The notes: generated by a model from the letters alone, not told the origin. A DNA stretch of 64,000 nucleotides from Geopsychrobacteraceae bacterium (GCA_963662315.1 OY759353.1:576001-640000); one strand, 5' to 3'. Counted from the stretch's first letter, positions 40,234 through 49,459 are shown. Numbers and translations are program-made.

Positions 40234-40412
40234 GCACTGATTTGCACGGATGTGGACTGATAAAAGGCAGAAAATTAATCTCTTGCAGAGATCGCAAAGT
40301 GTGCGGAGTTTATTAATGTTCTTAAATGAATTTCTCCGCATTCTGAAGTGAGCAAAGAGAACGGGCGAGAGATTGTTATATTAAGTTTCCTTGTTTTCAG
40401 TGCGTTCCGTAG
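40234..40412 (+). repeat. Composite palindromic element, copy D
   Basis: 10-mer units GCACTGATTT-GCACGGATGT-GGACTGAT, inner GCAGAGATCGCAAAGTGTGCGGAG / CTCCGCA, motif GTGAGCAAAGAGAACGGGCGAGAG, right arm TCAGTGCGTTCCGT. Confidence 0.72.
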
Positions 40413-40487
40413 ACATAAGGTTTGTGATTCTATCGGCGCATAGCCGTGCTCATTTGTGATAATTGCTTTCTAAAGGTTAATTTTTTT

Positions 40488-40880
40488 ATGCCTTCAATCG
40501 AAAAAGTCATTCTTTCTGTATTGAAAAATTATCCGGATATAAAGTTCTGTACTTTATTTGGATCTGCAGCAGCAGATCGACTTACTGCTTCGAGTGATGT
40601 TGATGTCGCTGTGACCGCAGGTACTTCATTGAGCATAGAAGTTAGAACCTCTTTAGCTACAGATCTATCCCGCGAGTTAAAGCGCGAGGTCGATTTAATT
40701 GATCTCTCTTCAGCCTCCGGGCTTATATTGGAAGAAGCGTTGTGTAAGGCTAAAATTTTGTTAAATAAAGAGCCTGAAATTTATGCAGAGCTTTTAAAAC
40801 GATTGTGGTTCTATAATGCTGACATGCAACCCTACGTCCGGCGAATTCTTGAGCAGAGGATAGAAAAATGGCTCCAATGA
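40488..40880 (+). CDS. mntA: MntA-type adenylyltransferase antitoxin (minimal nucleotidyltransferase)
   Basis: GS-x10-DVD (GSAAADRLTASSDVD) and VDLIDL; overlaps the HEPN gene. Confidence 0.88.
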   Translation: MPSIEKVILSVLKNYPDIKFCTLFGSAAADRLTASSDVDVAVTAGTSLSIEVRTSLATDLSRELKREVDLIDLSSASGLILEEALCKAKILLNKEPEIYAELLKRLWFYNADMQPYVRRILEQRIEKWLQ

Positions 40881-41293
40881 TTGTTTTAAATAAACTTGAA
40901 ACATTAAGGCGTTGTTTGCAGCGTATCAGAGAGAAAGTGCCTGCAGATAGCGCTTTACTCATGGACGATTATGATTTGCAGGATATTATTACTGTTAATC
41001 TTGAACGTGCTGTACAAGCGACTGTGGACATCGCGGCTCATTTACTCTCTCGCCTTGATGTAACTCCTCCGGCAACGATGGCAGAAAGTTTTGATAAGCT
41101 ATGTCAGGTTGGGGTTATTGATACGAACATTTTTGAACGTATGACGAAAGCGGTTGGTTTCAGAAATATTGCAGTGCATGAATATCAGAAAATTGACTGG
41201 CTTATTGTTTATAAGATTGCTACTGACCATCTGATCGATTTTGAAGATTATGCGCGGCAGGTGAAAACGTGGGTTGATCAAACAAATCGTTAA
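40868..41293 (+). CDS. hepT: HepT/DUF86 HEPN RNase toxin (type VII TA)
   Basis: R-x4-H-x-Y motif (FRNIAVHEY). Confidence 0.9.
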   Translation: MAPMIVLNKLETLRRCLQRIREKVPADSALLMDDYDLQDIITVNLERAVQATVDIAAHLLSRLDVTPPATMAESFDKLCQVGVIDTNIFERMTKAVGFRNIAVHEYQKIDWLIVYKIATDHLIDFEDYARQVKTWVDQTNR

Positions 41294-41295
41294 TC

Positions 41296-41484
41296 AGCCA
41301 CGGATTAACACTGATTGGCACTGATGAAAAGACTGAGAGCTTGTCTCTCGCGGAGATCACAAAGTGCGCAGCGCTTGGCAAATACATTCTTTATAGAGTT
41401 TTCTTAGCGCCTCCGCGTTCTTGAGAGAGCAAAGCGAACAAGTGAGAGACAGTTCATATCAGTGCAATTCCGTGCCCCGTGGCT
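41296..41484 (+). repeat. Composite palindromic element, copy E
   Basis: AGCCACGGATTAACACTGATTGGCACTGAT / ATCAGTGC...CCGTGGCT; inner TGTCTCTCGC...GAGAGACA; motif GAGAGAGCAAAGCGAACAAGTGAGAG. Confidence 0.78.
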
Positions 41485-41517
41485 AAAAGATAATCCCTCA
41501 TTTCATGGTGACAACAC

Positions 41518-43569
41518 ATGTTCCCGATTATTCTCCACTGGTTATTAATTCTTATCGCGCCGATCACCGCGATTATCCTTTTTATCCGGCGAAAACCTTA
41601 CTCGGTTCCTACCCTGTTTTTAGTTGTGTCCATGTTGATTTTAACAGGGCAGGCCTTTTTGGATATTCAACTGCTGATCAGTAGCTCAGAACCGGGTTTG
41701 TGGTTGAAGTGGAGTTTGATCAGTGATGTCTTCTTGGCAGTTGTCCTTTATTATTACACAAAAACAATATTTCGCGATAATTCAAAGGTTTATCTTGGTT
41801 ATGGTTTTTGGGTGAGCATTGTTATAGCCCTAGGGCTTATCGGTTATGTATGTTCCGTTCCCCTGACGACACTGGTCTTTGCCCCGGATATACACGAGGA
41901 ACATCTCTATTTTCTAACCGATCATGGTTTTGCCGTCTATTTATTGGTCATGGTGTTTCTTGTTTTTGGGCTGGTACAACTGGAACGGACTTTTGCCGGC
42001 TTGCACGCTTTACAACGCTGGGAAATTAAATTAGAAGTCCTTGGCAGTGGCATGCTGTTGACTGCAAGTGCTTTGTATTACAGTCAAAGTCTTTTGTATC
42101 GGTCTATTGACCTGCGCTATTCGGGTTTCTGGAGTCTGGTTGTCTGCTGCGCTTTGGTTGTTACCTGTTACTCTCGCCTGTTCCGCTACGGTAATGGTCG
42201 TTTGGCCTTGGCACGGGGAATTGCTCACCGTTCCTTTGTCCTTTTGATTGTTGGTGGTTACCTGATAATTCTTGGGCTTGTTGGTGAAGGGTTACGTTAT
42301 TTCAACGTCGCCAATGCCAACTCGATTTTTTACGGCATTCTCGCCCTGGCCAGTCTTGTTCTTGCCACTTTATTTCTGTCAGAACGCTTGCGACGCAAGA
42401 TTAAGGTCATTCTGCATAAAAACTTTTACCAAAGTAAGTATGATTATCGCGAACTGTGGGAGCGCTTTGTTACGAAAATAGGGCAGGGGGACTCTCTTGC
42501 TGATTTGGAACGTGCCATTCTTGATCTGTTCTGCGAGCCTCTTGCCTGCAAAGGCGCCATTCTTTATCTCAAGGATACAGAAACCGGTAACTTTGCTTTT
42601 TCAGCTGCTTTCAATATGGCTAGGGACTGGCGACCATTTCCTGCCGATGATCCTTTAATCAAACTCCTGATGCAAAAGGACTGGTTGCTCAATCTGCGTG
42701 ATGAAGTTCCTGAATTAGAAGAATCTCTGCTACGTTCTCTGGTTGATGGGCATATATTTCTAATTGTTCCCATGTTTGTCGATGAGGAACTGGTCGGTTT
42801 TGTTCTGCTTGCCGAACAGATTAACCCAGAAGAGTTGACTTACGAAGATTATGATCTATTACGAATGCTGGCGCGCCAGTCTATTGCGACTTTGCAGGCA
42901 ATGCGTCTATCCGATCAATTGACCGCTTCCCGTGAGATGGCTGCCATTGGCAAGGTCTCAACGTTTGTTCTGCATGATTTGAAGAATCAGGTGTCGGGTT
43001 TGTCGCTACTGCTGGAAAATGCACGTGATTATATTTCGGACCCCGATTTTCAGGAGGACATGCTTGAAACGGTTGAAAACACCGTAACCAACATGAAAGG
43101 ACTGATCACCCGCCTTAAAAATCTCAAGGAAAAACCAGCTCTGGCCATTACCAAAATTGATCTTAATCAGGTCGTCAGGGACGCTATTGCTACCGCATCG
43201 GGACGTATTGAGTTTGTTGCTGAAGAACAATTGCTAGCTGTTGCTGGTGATGAAGAAGAAATCTATAAAGTGGTGCTTAATCTGCTGGTTAACGCTTTAG
43301 AAGCTGGGCCCCATCAACTGGTACGGGTGAAAAGCCATTGTCATGATGGTATGGCCTTGGTGGCCGTGATTGATCAGGGGTGTGGCATGTCTCGAAATTT
43401 TATTGAGTCAAAATTGTTTAAACCGTTTGAAACAACCAAAAAGCATGGTTTCGGGATTGGTTTATACCAGTGCCGGCAAATTATTGAAACACATAATGGG
43501 GCTATTGATGTTGAAAGTACCGAAGGTGAAGGGACAACTTTTACTTTGCGGCTGCCATTGGCTGAATAA
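41518..43569 (+). CDS. prsK: PEP-CTERM system histidine kinase PrsK
   Basis: Multi-TM N-terminus, KYDYRELW, GAF domain, FVLHDLKN H-box, GFGIGLYQ. Confidence 0.93.
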   Translation: MFPIILHWLLILIAPITAIILFIRRKPYSVPTLFLVVSMLILTGQAFLDIQLLISSSEPGLWLKWSLISDVFLAVVLYYYTKTIFRDNSKVYLGYGFWVSIVIALGLIGYVCSVPLTTLVFAPDIHEEHLYFLTDHGFAVYLLVMVFLVFGLVQLERTFAGLHALQRWEIKLEVLGSGMLLTASALYYSQSLLYRSIDLRYSGFWSLVVCCALVVTCYSRLFRYGNGRLALARGIAHRSFVLLIVGGYLIILGLVGEGLRYFNVANANSIFYGILALASLVLATLFLSERLRRKIKVILHKNFYQSKYDYRELWERFVTKIGQGDSLADLERAILDLFCEPLACKGAILYLKDTETGNFAFSAAFNMARDWRPFPADDPLIKLLMQKDWLLNLRDEVPELEESLLRSLVDGHIFLIVPMFVDEELVGFVLLAEQINPEELTYEDYDLLRMLARQSIATLQAMRLSDQLTASREMAAIGKVSTFVLHDLKNQVSGLSLLLENARDYISDPDFQEDMLETVENTVTNMKGLITRLKNLKEKPALAITKIDLNQVVRDAIATASGRIEFVAEEQLLAVAGDEEEIYKVVLNLLVNALEAGPHQLVRVKSHCHDGMALVAVIDQGCGMSRNFIESKLFKPFETTKKHGFGIGLYQCRQIIETHNGAIDVESTEGEGTTFTLRLPLAE

Positions 43570-43576
43570 GTCTTTT

Positions 43577-43750
43577 AGCCACAGATTGACACTGATAAAA
43601 TTCTATTTTTTGTTTCTCGCTAAAATCGTAAAGTTCACAGAGAAATAAATGATAATTTGGCTTGGCGTTCTTTGCGGGCATGAGAGAACGAGGCGAAGGG
43701 GCGTGAACGATTGGTTTTCTATCTGTGATAATCTGTGTTAATCTGTGGCT
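43577..43750 (+). repeat. Composite palindromic element, copy F
   Basis: AGCCACAGATTGACACTGAT / ATCTGTGATA-ATCTGTGTTA-ATCTGTGGCT; inner CTTGGCGTT-CTTTGCG; motif GAGAGAACGAGGCGAAGGGGCGTGA. Confidence 0.78.
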
Positions 43751-43794
43751 TTGAAAGCATAATTTAATTAATCATACTGGATTGCTCGGGGGCG

Positions 43795-45222
43795 TTGGCT
43801 TTGGAAAAGCTACTAATTATTGATGACAGCAGTGAAATCAGGAAACAGCTGAAGTGGGGACTGGCTAAAGATTATCTGGTCCTGCTTGCTGAATCCGTTG
43901 ATGAAGCAATTAAGTTGTTTGATAAGCACGCACCAGCCGTCGTTACCCTTGACCTGGGTCTGCCTCCTGATATTGATGGGGCGAGCGAAGGTTTGCGCTG
44001 CCTTGAACTACTTTTAAATAAGCGGCCAGAAACAAAAATCATTGTTCTTTCCGGCAATGAAGATCATGCCAATGCTTTGGCCGCTGTTGATCTTGGCGCG
44101 TATGATTTTTACCATAAACCAATCGATCTTGCAGAGCTGAAGATCATTCTTGGCCGAGCTTTTCATGTCGCCGCACTGGAGCGTGAAAACTTTCAATTAA
44201 AAGCCGAATCAACCCGGGATAATAAGGCTTTCAGCGGTATTTTTGGACAATGCCCACAGATGCTTAAAGTCTTTGATACGATTAAGAAGGTGACATCTGT
44301 TAATGTTCCGGTTCTGATTTTGGGAGAAAGCGGCACCGGGAAAGAGGTTGTTGCCCAGGCCATACATCAGCAAGGGATTCGTAAAGGGCATAATTTTATT
44401 GCCATCAACTGTGGTGCTATTCCGGAAAACCTGCTTGAGTCAGAGCTGTTCGGACATGAAAAAGGTGCGTTTACCGGCGCTCAAAATCGTGTGCAGGGTA
44501 AGGTTGAGTACGCTGATAAGGGTACGTTGTTCCTGGACGAAATTGGTGAAATGCCAGCCCTGTTGCAGGTTAAGTTGCTGCGTTTTCTGCAAGAGAAGGT
44601 TCTGCAGCGGGTCGGGGGCCGTGAGAATATCGCTGTTGACACACGGATTATTGCCGCGACCAATATTGATATCGAAAAGTCAATTAAAGATGGCCGCTTC
44701 CGAGAAGATCTTTATTACCGCATTGGTGTGATTACCATTGATCTTCCACCATTACGGGAACGGGGCGGCGACATCGAATTGCTTGGCAATGTGTTTGTGC
44801 AACGCTTTTCTCAAGAATTTGGTAAGAAAATTCGTGGGTTCAGTCTGGAATCATTGCAGTACATGAAAGATTATGATTGGCCTGGCAACGTTCGTGAACT
44901 TGAGAACAAAGTAAAGCGTGCCATTGTTATGGCTGAAACTCCCATCATTGAAGCGTGGGATTTGGGGTTTGCTGAACGTATGGAAGCTGTTCCTGGGGCT
45001 AATGATAAGGAAAACAGCAGGGCCAGTTTGATGTTCACGGATACTGTGGTCGATGAGAACCTGACATTGAAAGAGGCCCGTTACCACGTCGAGCATCGAC
45101 TCCTTCAAGCGACTCTTGAAAGAACGCAGGGTAATGTGCAGAAGGCAGCTGAACAGCTGGCTGTTAGTCGTCCAACCATGTATGATTTGATGAAAAAGCA
45201 CGGATTGCAGGTTTCAGAATAG
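43795..45222 (+). CDS. prsR: PEP-CTERM-box sigma54-dependent response regulator PrsR
   Basis: REC domain (TLDLGLPP), GESGTGKE, GAFTGA, Fis-type HTH. Confidence 0.95.
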   Translation: MALEKLLIIDDSSEIRKQLKWGLAKDYLVLLAESVDEAIKLFDKHAPAVVTLDLGLPPDIDGASEGLRCLELLLNKRPETKIIVLSGNEDHANALAAVDLGAYDFYHKPIDLAELKIILGRAFHVAALERENFQLKAESTRDNKAFSGIFGQCPQMLKVFDTIKKVTSVNVPVLILGESGTGKEVVAQAIHQQGIRKGHNFIAINCGAIPENLLESELFGHEKGAFTGAQNRVQGKVEYADKGTLFLDEIGEMPALLQVKLLRFLQEKVLQRVGGRENIAVDTRIIAATNIDIEKSIKDGRFREDLYYRIGVITIDLPPLRERGGDIELLGNVFVQRFSQEFGKKIRGFSLESLQYMKDYDWPGNVRELENKVKRAIVMAETPIIEAWDLGFAERMEAVPGANDKENSRASLMFTDTVVDENLTLKEARYHVEHRLLQATLERTQGNVQKAAEQLAVSRPTMYDLMKKHGLQVSE

Positions 45223-45345
45223 GCAATTTCCGTCCGACAATGCCTCTGGTTTACATTCTCTCAGTCAATCTGAGGCTGAAGTGAGGCACGATGTTTCCTC
45301 CACGGGTATTTTACCCTTGGTCATGTGATTCGTTCAGGGTCTCTC

Positions 45346-46218
45346 TTATTCAGCAGTGGTGAAACTATAAACTTCGCTTTGATACTCCAGGGTCGTGTTG
45401 ACTTCGTCTACAGCGACGACTTTCCAGTAATAGGTTGTTCCACTGTTTAACTCGGATGTCTGATAGGTTGTTGCTGTGCCCATATCTACAGAGGTCAGCG
45501 GGACTGAAATCGTGCCGGTAACCGAGGTGTCAACCGGTGTTGTACTGTTTCCAGAGCCGGATGATCCACCAGTACAAGCCGCTAAAATTGTTCCAAAGAA
45601 GATTGCGGTATAAACCAGGCGAACTTTACGCAAAGCTGAAACTTGCACGAATATTATGGCGCCCGTCATGATCAGCGCAACCTTCATAAGTGGCGATATT
45701 GGCAACGGGTTGGGATTGGAATCCTTTGGTGGATTTTTGCTGATTGGCGGAATAAATTTTGCGCTGGTGACGCTGCTTTTATCTGTGCCGTAAAATAGGA
45801 TGTAAGTTGCATCATATTCAGCTGGTGCGGTTTCCCATGAAAAGAAAAAAGGTGTCGAGACCTGAGAATCAAGATTCGCGGGCTCGTACAGGGTTGGAAC
45901 CCATCCGCTACTGACAATATTGGAGTAGGTACTTTCATTTCCCTCACTGTCGTAGGCTGTTACCGAGAAGTAATAAATGCCATCGTCAGCAAGTCCGTGA
46001 ACTGTAGTGCTCAGGTTGTCTTGAACATCAATGGGAGATTGCCCGTCGCTCGATTCATATCCGTCGAGGGGAAGGGTGTTAATGTTTTTCTGGCTGTAAT
46101 AGACTTTGTAGCCACGGATATTATCAGACGGGCTGGGGTCCCAAGTTAGATTAACCTCTTGAGCCAAAACCGGGCATACAAGGATAAATTGTAGAAACAG
46201 AATTATGATCTTAATCAT
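45346..46218 (-). CDS. Secreted fibronectin type III domain protein with internal membrane hairpin and lipobox-like site
   Basis: Signal peptide; FN3 (LTWD..GYKVYY..YYFSVTAYD..GNES); second FN3-like unit ending YYWKVVAVD..SFTT; two hydrophobic segments at aa 177-214. Confidence 0.75.
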   Translation of the reverse strand: MIKIIILFLQFILVCPVLAQEVNLTWDPSPSDNIRGYKVYYSQKNINTLPLDGYESSDGQSPIDVQDNLSTTVHGLADDGIYYFSVTAYDSEGNESTYSNIVSSGWVPTLYEPANLDSQVSTPFFFSWETAPAEYDATYILFYGTDKSSVTSAKFIPPISKNPPKDSNPNPLPISPLMKVALIMTGAIIFVQVSALRKVRLVYTAIFFGTILAACTGGSSGSGNSTTPVDTSVTGTISVPLTSVDMGTATTYQTSELNSGTTYYWKVVAVDEVNTTLEYQSEVYSFTTAE

Positions 46219-46404
46219 TGTGGCAGACTTTTCATTTGAAAAAAAATTAAATAAAAAAGTTTTACTTATTCTAAAAACCCTGAGCTTTATATCATACTTT
46301 TAAAATCAATGTAAAGTTGCTAAGTCCATGCTCTGCTAGCTTTATTCATGTTGTTTTTTGTTTAGTAGGTTCGCTTATTTACAGTAACATTACATCATCT
46401 TTTT

Positions 46405-47097
46405 ATGGAGATGCCGATTGTGTCTTTCTACAATATTATTCATCAGTGTCATCTTTTCTCTGGCTTAACTGAAGCGGATGCGAAGTTACTTGCAGGGGTG
46501 GTTAAGCGGCGTAGCTGTGAACGTGGAGAAGTTCTTTTTGAAGAAGGGGAGAGCGCCTCAGGTTTTTACGTAGTTGTTTCAGGCAAGGTTAAAGTTTTCA
46601 AGCTTTCTCCTGATGGGAAGGAAAGGATACTTCATGTCGTCTTGCCTGGGCAGAGTTTTGCTGATGCTGCTATTTTTGCTGATGGTTGTTTTCCTGCTTT
46701 TGGCGAAACGTTGACTGCTTCTGAGCTTTTGTTTTTTCCCAAATATGAATTTCTTAAGCTTTTACATGAGCATTCTCAGCTGGCAATTAATATGATTGCC
46801 GGCCTGTCTAAATATTTAAGACAGTTCACAGTTCAGATTGAAGATCTGACTTTCCGTGATGTCCCGGCCCGTTTAGCCAGGTTCCTAATTAGTCTTGGAG
46901 GCGATAGTAAGAAATGTCTGCAATTGCCATTTTCCAAGGCTCAGCTCGCGTCCAATCTGGGAACAACGAGTGAGACCTTATCAAGGACCTTTCGTAAGCT
47001 TGCAGATGAAAATATTGTTAATGTCTCAGGAAAGACAGTTGAGGTGCTTGATGCTGATCGCTTGTACGATATGGCAGAGCTGGGGATGGATGACTAG
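46405..47097 (+). CDS. Crp/Fnr family transcriptional regulator (HcpR/Dnr-like)
   Basis: cNMP-binding fold plus HTH LGTTSETLSR. Confidence 0.9.
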   Translation: MEMPIVSFYNIIHQCHLFSGLTEADAKLLAGVVKRRSCERGEVLFEEGESASGFYVVVSGKVKVFKLSPDGKERILHVVLPGQSFADAAIFADGCFPAFGETLTASELLFFPKYEFLKLLHEHSQLAINMIAGLSKYLRQFTVQIEDLTFRDVPARLARFLISLGGDSKKCLQLPFSKAQLASNLGTTSETLSRTFRKLADENIVNVSGKTVEVLDADRLYDMAELGMDD

Positions 47098-47197
47098 GTT
47101 TTGGTGGAAAGGGATGGTCAATATTCGCAGGGTCTTATCCCTGCGGGCGAGCTGTGATCTGCCGATCTTGACTTTGAGGATTTATTGATGATTTTAT

Positions 47198-47211
47198 TTG
47201 ACCTGCATCAA
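47198..47211. promoter_or_regulatory. Fnr/Dnr/HcpR-type box
   Basis: TTGAC-CTGC-ATCAA, one mismatch to TTGAT-N4-ATCAA, upstream of the ygbA-like gene. Confidence 0.6.
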
Positions 47212-47246
47212 TGTTTTTATTTCGTAGTTATGTTTTGATCTTTTTC

Positions 47247-47609
47247 ATGGATAATACTTCATCTAATCATTTAAAATTAGCTCGTAAACAGCGGAAAGAT
47301 ATAAAAATACTATCTTCGTTTACTTTTTTATATTGTCGTGACCACCATCCTGAGAAAATTAAAAAATCTCTAGGTGTAACGATCCTGAAGTCCAGGTATC
47401 TATATTGTGACGATTGCCGCGATTTTCTTCAATATGCCATTGGCAGGCGCTTGCACTGCCCCTTGCCCGACAAGTCATCTTGCAAGCATTGCCATATTCA
47501 CTGTTATCGCCCTGGTCACCGTGACAAGGTTAAAGAGATTATGCGCTATTCCGGGAAAAAACTTGTATTCAGGGGGCGTATAGATTTGTTGTTTCACTAT
47601 CTGTTCTGA
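47247..47609 (+). CDS. YgbA-like (nitrous oxide-stimulated promoter family) Cys-rich protein
   Basis: YCxxHH, CxxC, CP..K..CxxCxxHCY, MRYSG. Confidence 0.85.
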   Translation: MDNTSSNHLKLARKQRKDIKILSSFTFLYCRDHHPEKIKKSLGVTILKSRYLYCDDCRDFLQYAIGRRLHCPLPDKSSCKHCHIHCYRPGHRDKVKEIMRYSGKKLVFRGRIDLLFHYLF

Positions 47610-47805
47610 TGCAGAGACCCTTAAATGCTTAAAATTTGCAAACTATTTTATGTAAATTGCTAATATAACTATTTATATCTTGAGGATGTCGGCAGTTCCT
47701 GCTAGTCTTATTTAATGTGAGTCTTATTATTATAATCTTTCAGTTAATCATTAGCATTAATTTTTCAGACCTCAGATTCAAGTCAGTACAAAAAGGAGAC
47801 ATTGA

Positions 47806-48477
47806 ATGCAGATTCTCGTTGTAGAAGATGAAAAGAAAGTTGCCAGTTTTATTCAACGGGGGCTAGAAGAGGAAGGGTTTACTGTCGATGTTGCATACGA
47901 TGGCGAAGAGGGGGTCTCGAAAGCTACCGCTAAAACATATGATTTAATTCTGATGGACGTCATGCTACCTAAAAAAGATGGTCTCGCAGCTATTAAGGAT
48001 CTTCGTTCTCAAAAAGTTACCACGCCGGTTTTGTGCTTGACTGCACGCGATTCGGTTGATGACAAAGTTAGTGGACTTGATACCGGCGCTGATGACTATC
48101 TTGCGAAGCCTTTCGCTTTTGCTGAACTGGTAGCGCGTTGCCGCGCTTTGATCCGCCGTGGATCAAAAGACCGCGGAGCAGAGATTTTCTTTGCTGATCT
48201 GCGGCTGGATCCGGTTGCTCATAAGGTCTGGCGTGGCGACAGTGAAATTGATCTTACCTCCAAAGAGTACGCCCTTATGGAATACTTCATGCGTAACCCG
48301 AATCGGGTATTGACGCGTTCAATGATTGCGGAAAACGTTTGGGATTATACCTTTGATTCCTTTACCAATATTATCGACGTTTATGTCAATTACCTGCGAA
48401 ATAAGGTCGACAGAAATTACGATCTGAAACTGATCCACACGGTACGTGGTCAAGGGTATATGTTGAAAGAATCATAA
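47806..48477 (+). CDS. OmpR-family response regulator (CusR/CzcR-like)
   Basis: REC domain plus winged helix; GADDYLAKPF, NIIDVYVNYLRNK, IHTVRGQGY. Confidence 0.92.
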   Translation: MQILVVEDEKKVASFIQRGLEEEGFTVDVAYDGEEGVSKATAKTYDLILMDVMLPKKDGLAAIKDLRSQKVTTPVLCLTARDSVDDKVSGLDTGADDYLAKPFAFAELVARCRALIRRGSKDRGAEIFFADLRLDPVAHKVWRGDSEIDLTSKEYALMEYFMRNPNRVLTRSMIAENVWDYTFDSFTNIIDVYVNYLRNKVDRNYDLKLIHTVRGQGYMLKES

Positions 48478-48500
48478 TTTTTTAAAATTGAAGGTTAAAC

Positions 48501-48529
48501 AAAAAAGGCAGTCGATGACTGCCTTTTTT
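48501..48529. terminator. Bidirectional intrinsic terminator
   Basis: AAAAAAGGCAGTC-gat-GACTGCCTTTTTT between convergent genes. Confidence 0.85.
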
Positions 48530-48613
48530 GTCTTTTGCCTGTTTACCAGACCGCCCATGCTGCTTTGCAACTGACGGACGGAATCACATATCTCTACAAT
48601 ATGCTTGTATCGC

Positions 48614-49366
48614 CTAGCTGAAATTTATAATTCGCAAAAAGTCTGCAGCTTTCAGGCTGGCACCACCAACAAGCGCGCCATCAATATCATCCTGAGCCAT
48701 CAGACCATCGACATTGTCCGGTTTGACGCTCCCGCCATAGAGAATTCGAATTCCTTGGGCGATTTCCGGATTGAATAAACCCTGTACCAGCCCTCGTATA
48801 AAAGAATGCGCTTCCTGGGCTTGCTCATCTGACGCCGTTTTTCCGGTTCCGATGGCCCATACGGGTTCGTAGGCAATGACGATATCTTTCATCTGTTTTT
48901 CAGAGAGTCCTGCAAGCCCACCTTTAACCTGGGTGGTTAATACTTCCAACATGTCACCCGATTCACGTTCCTCAAGTGTTTCGCCGATACACAGAATCGG
49001 TTTAAGGCCGTTTTCGAGAATTTTGATAATTTTTGCGTTAATAAATTCATCAGTTTCAGCAAAGATTTGGCGTCTTTCTGAATGGCCGATAATGATGTAT
49101 TGACACCCGGCATCTTTCAGTAACTCTGGAGACACTTCGCCGGTATAAGCGCCGTTTGGTTGGGGATAGCAGTTTTGTGCTGCAACCTGAATTGAGGAGC
49201 CTGATACGTTTTCTGCTACAGAAGCTAATGCTGTATACACGGGGGCAATAACGATATCACGATCGCTAATTGTTCCTGCCTGTTCGGCAAGCTCGCGAGC
49301 TAATTCCTTTGCTTCCGCTATGGTTTTGTTAAGCTTCCAGTTTCCTGCAATGAGTGGCCTGCGCAT
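48614..49366 (-). CDS. tpiA: Triose-phosphate isomerase
   Basis: AGNWK, GHSERR, AYEPVWAIGTG, YGGSV, LVGGASL. Confidence 0.98.
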   Translation of the reverse strand: MRRPLIAGNWKLNKTIAEAKELARELAEQAGTISDRDIVIAPVYTALASVAENVSGSSIQVAAQNCYPQPNGAYTGEVSPELLKDAGCQYIIIGHSERRQIFAETDEFINAKIIKILENGLKPILCIGETLEERESGDMLEVLTTQVKGGLAGLSEKQMKDIVIAYEPVWAIGTGKTASDEQAQEAHSFIRGLVQGLFNPEIAQGIRILYGGSVKPDNVDGLMAQDDIDGALVGGASLKAADFLRIINFS

Positions 49367-49459
49367 AGGAACGTCTCCTGAATATGGGTAGAAAGTGGGC
49401 TCCCTACAGAGCGCTGGTTACGGTTGGCTCTGTAGGGATGATTAGCTTAATGAGCCGAA

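Noticed and set aside
11007..43750. Calling the composite repeats integron attC sites or intrinsic terminators
   Set aside because: No consistent RYYYAAC/GTTRRRY boxes, no intI gene, and no T-tracts after the stems.
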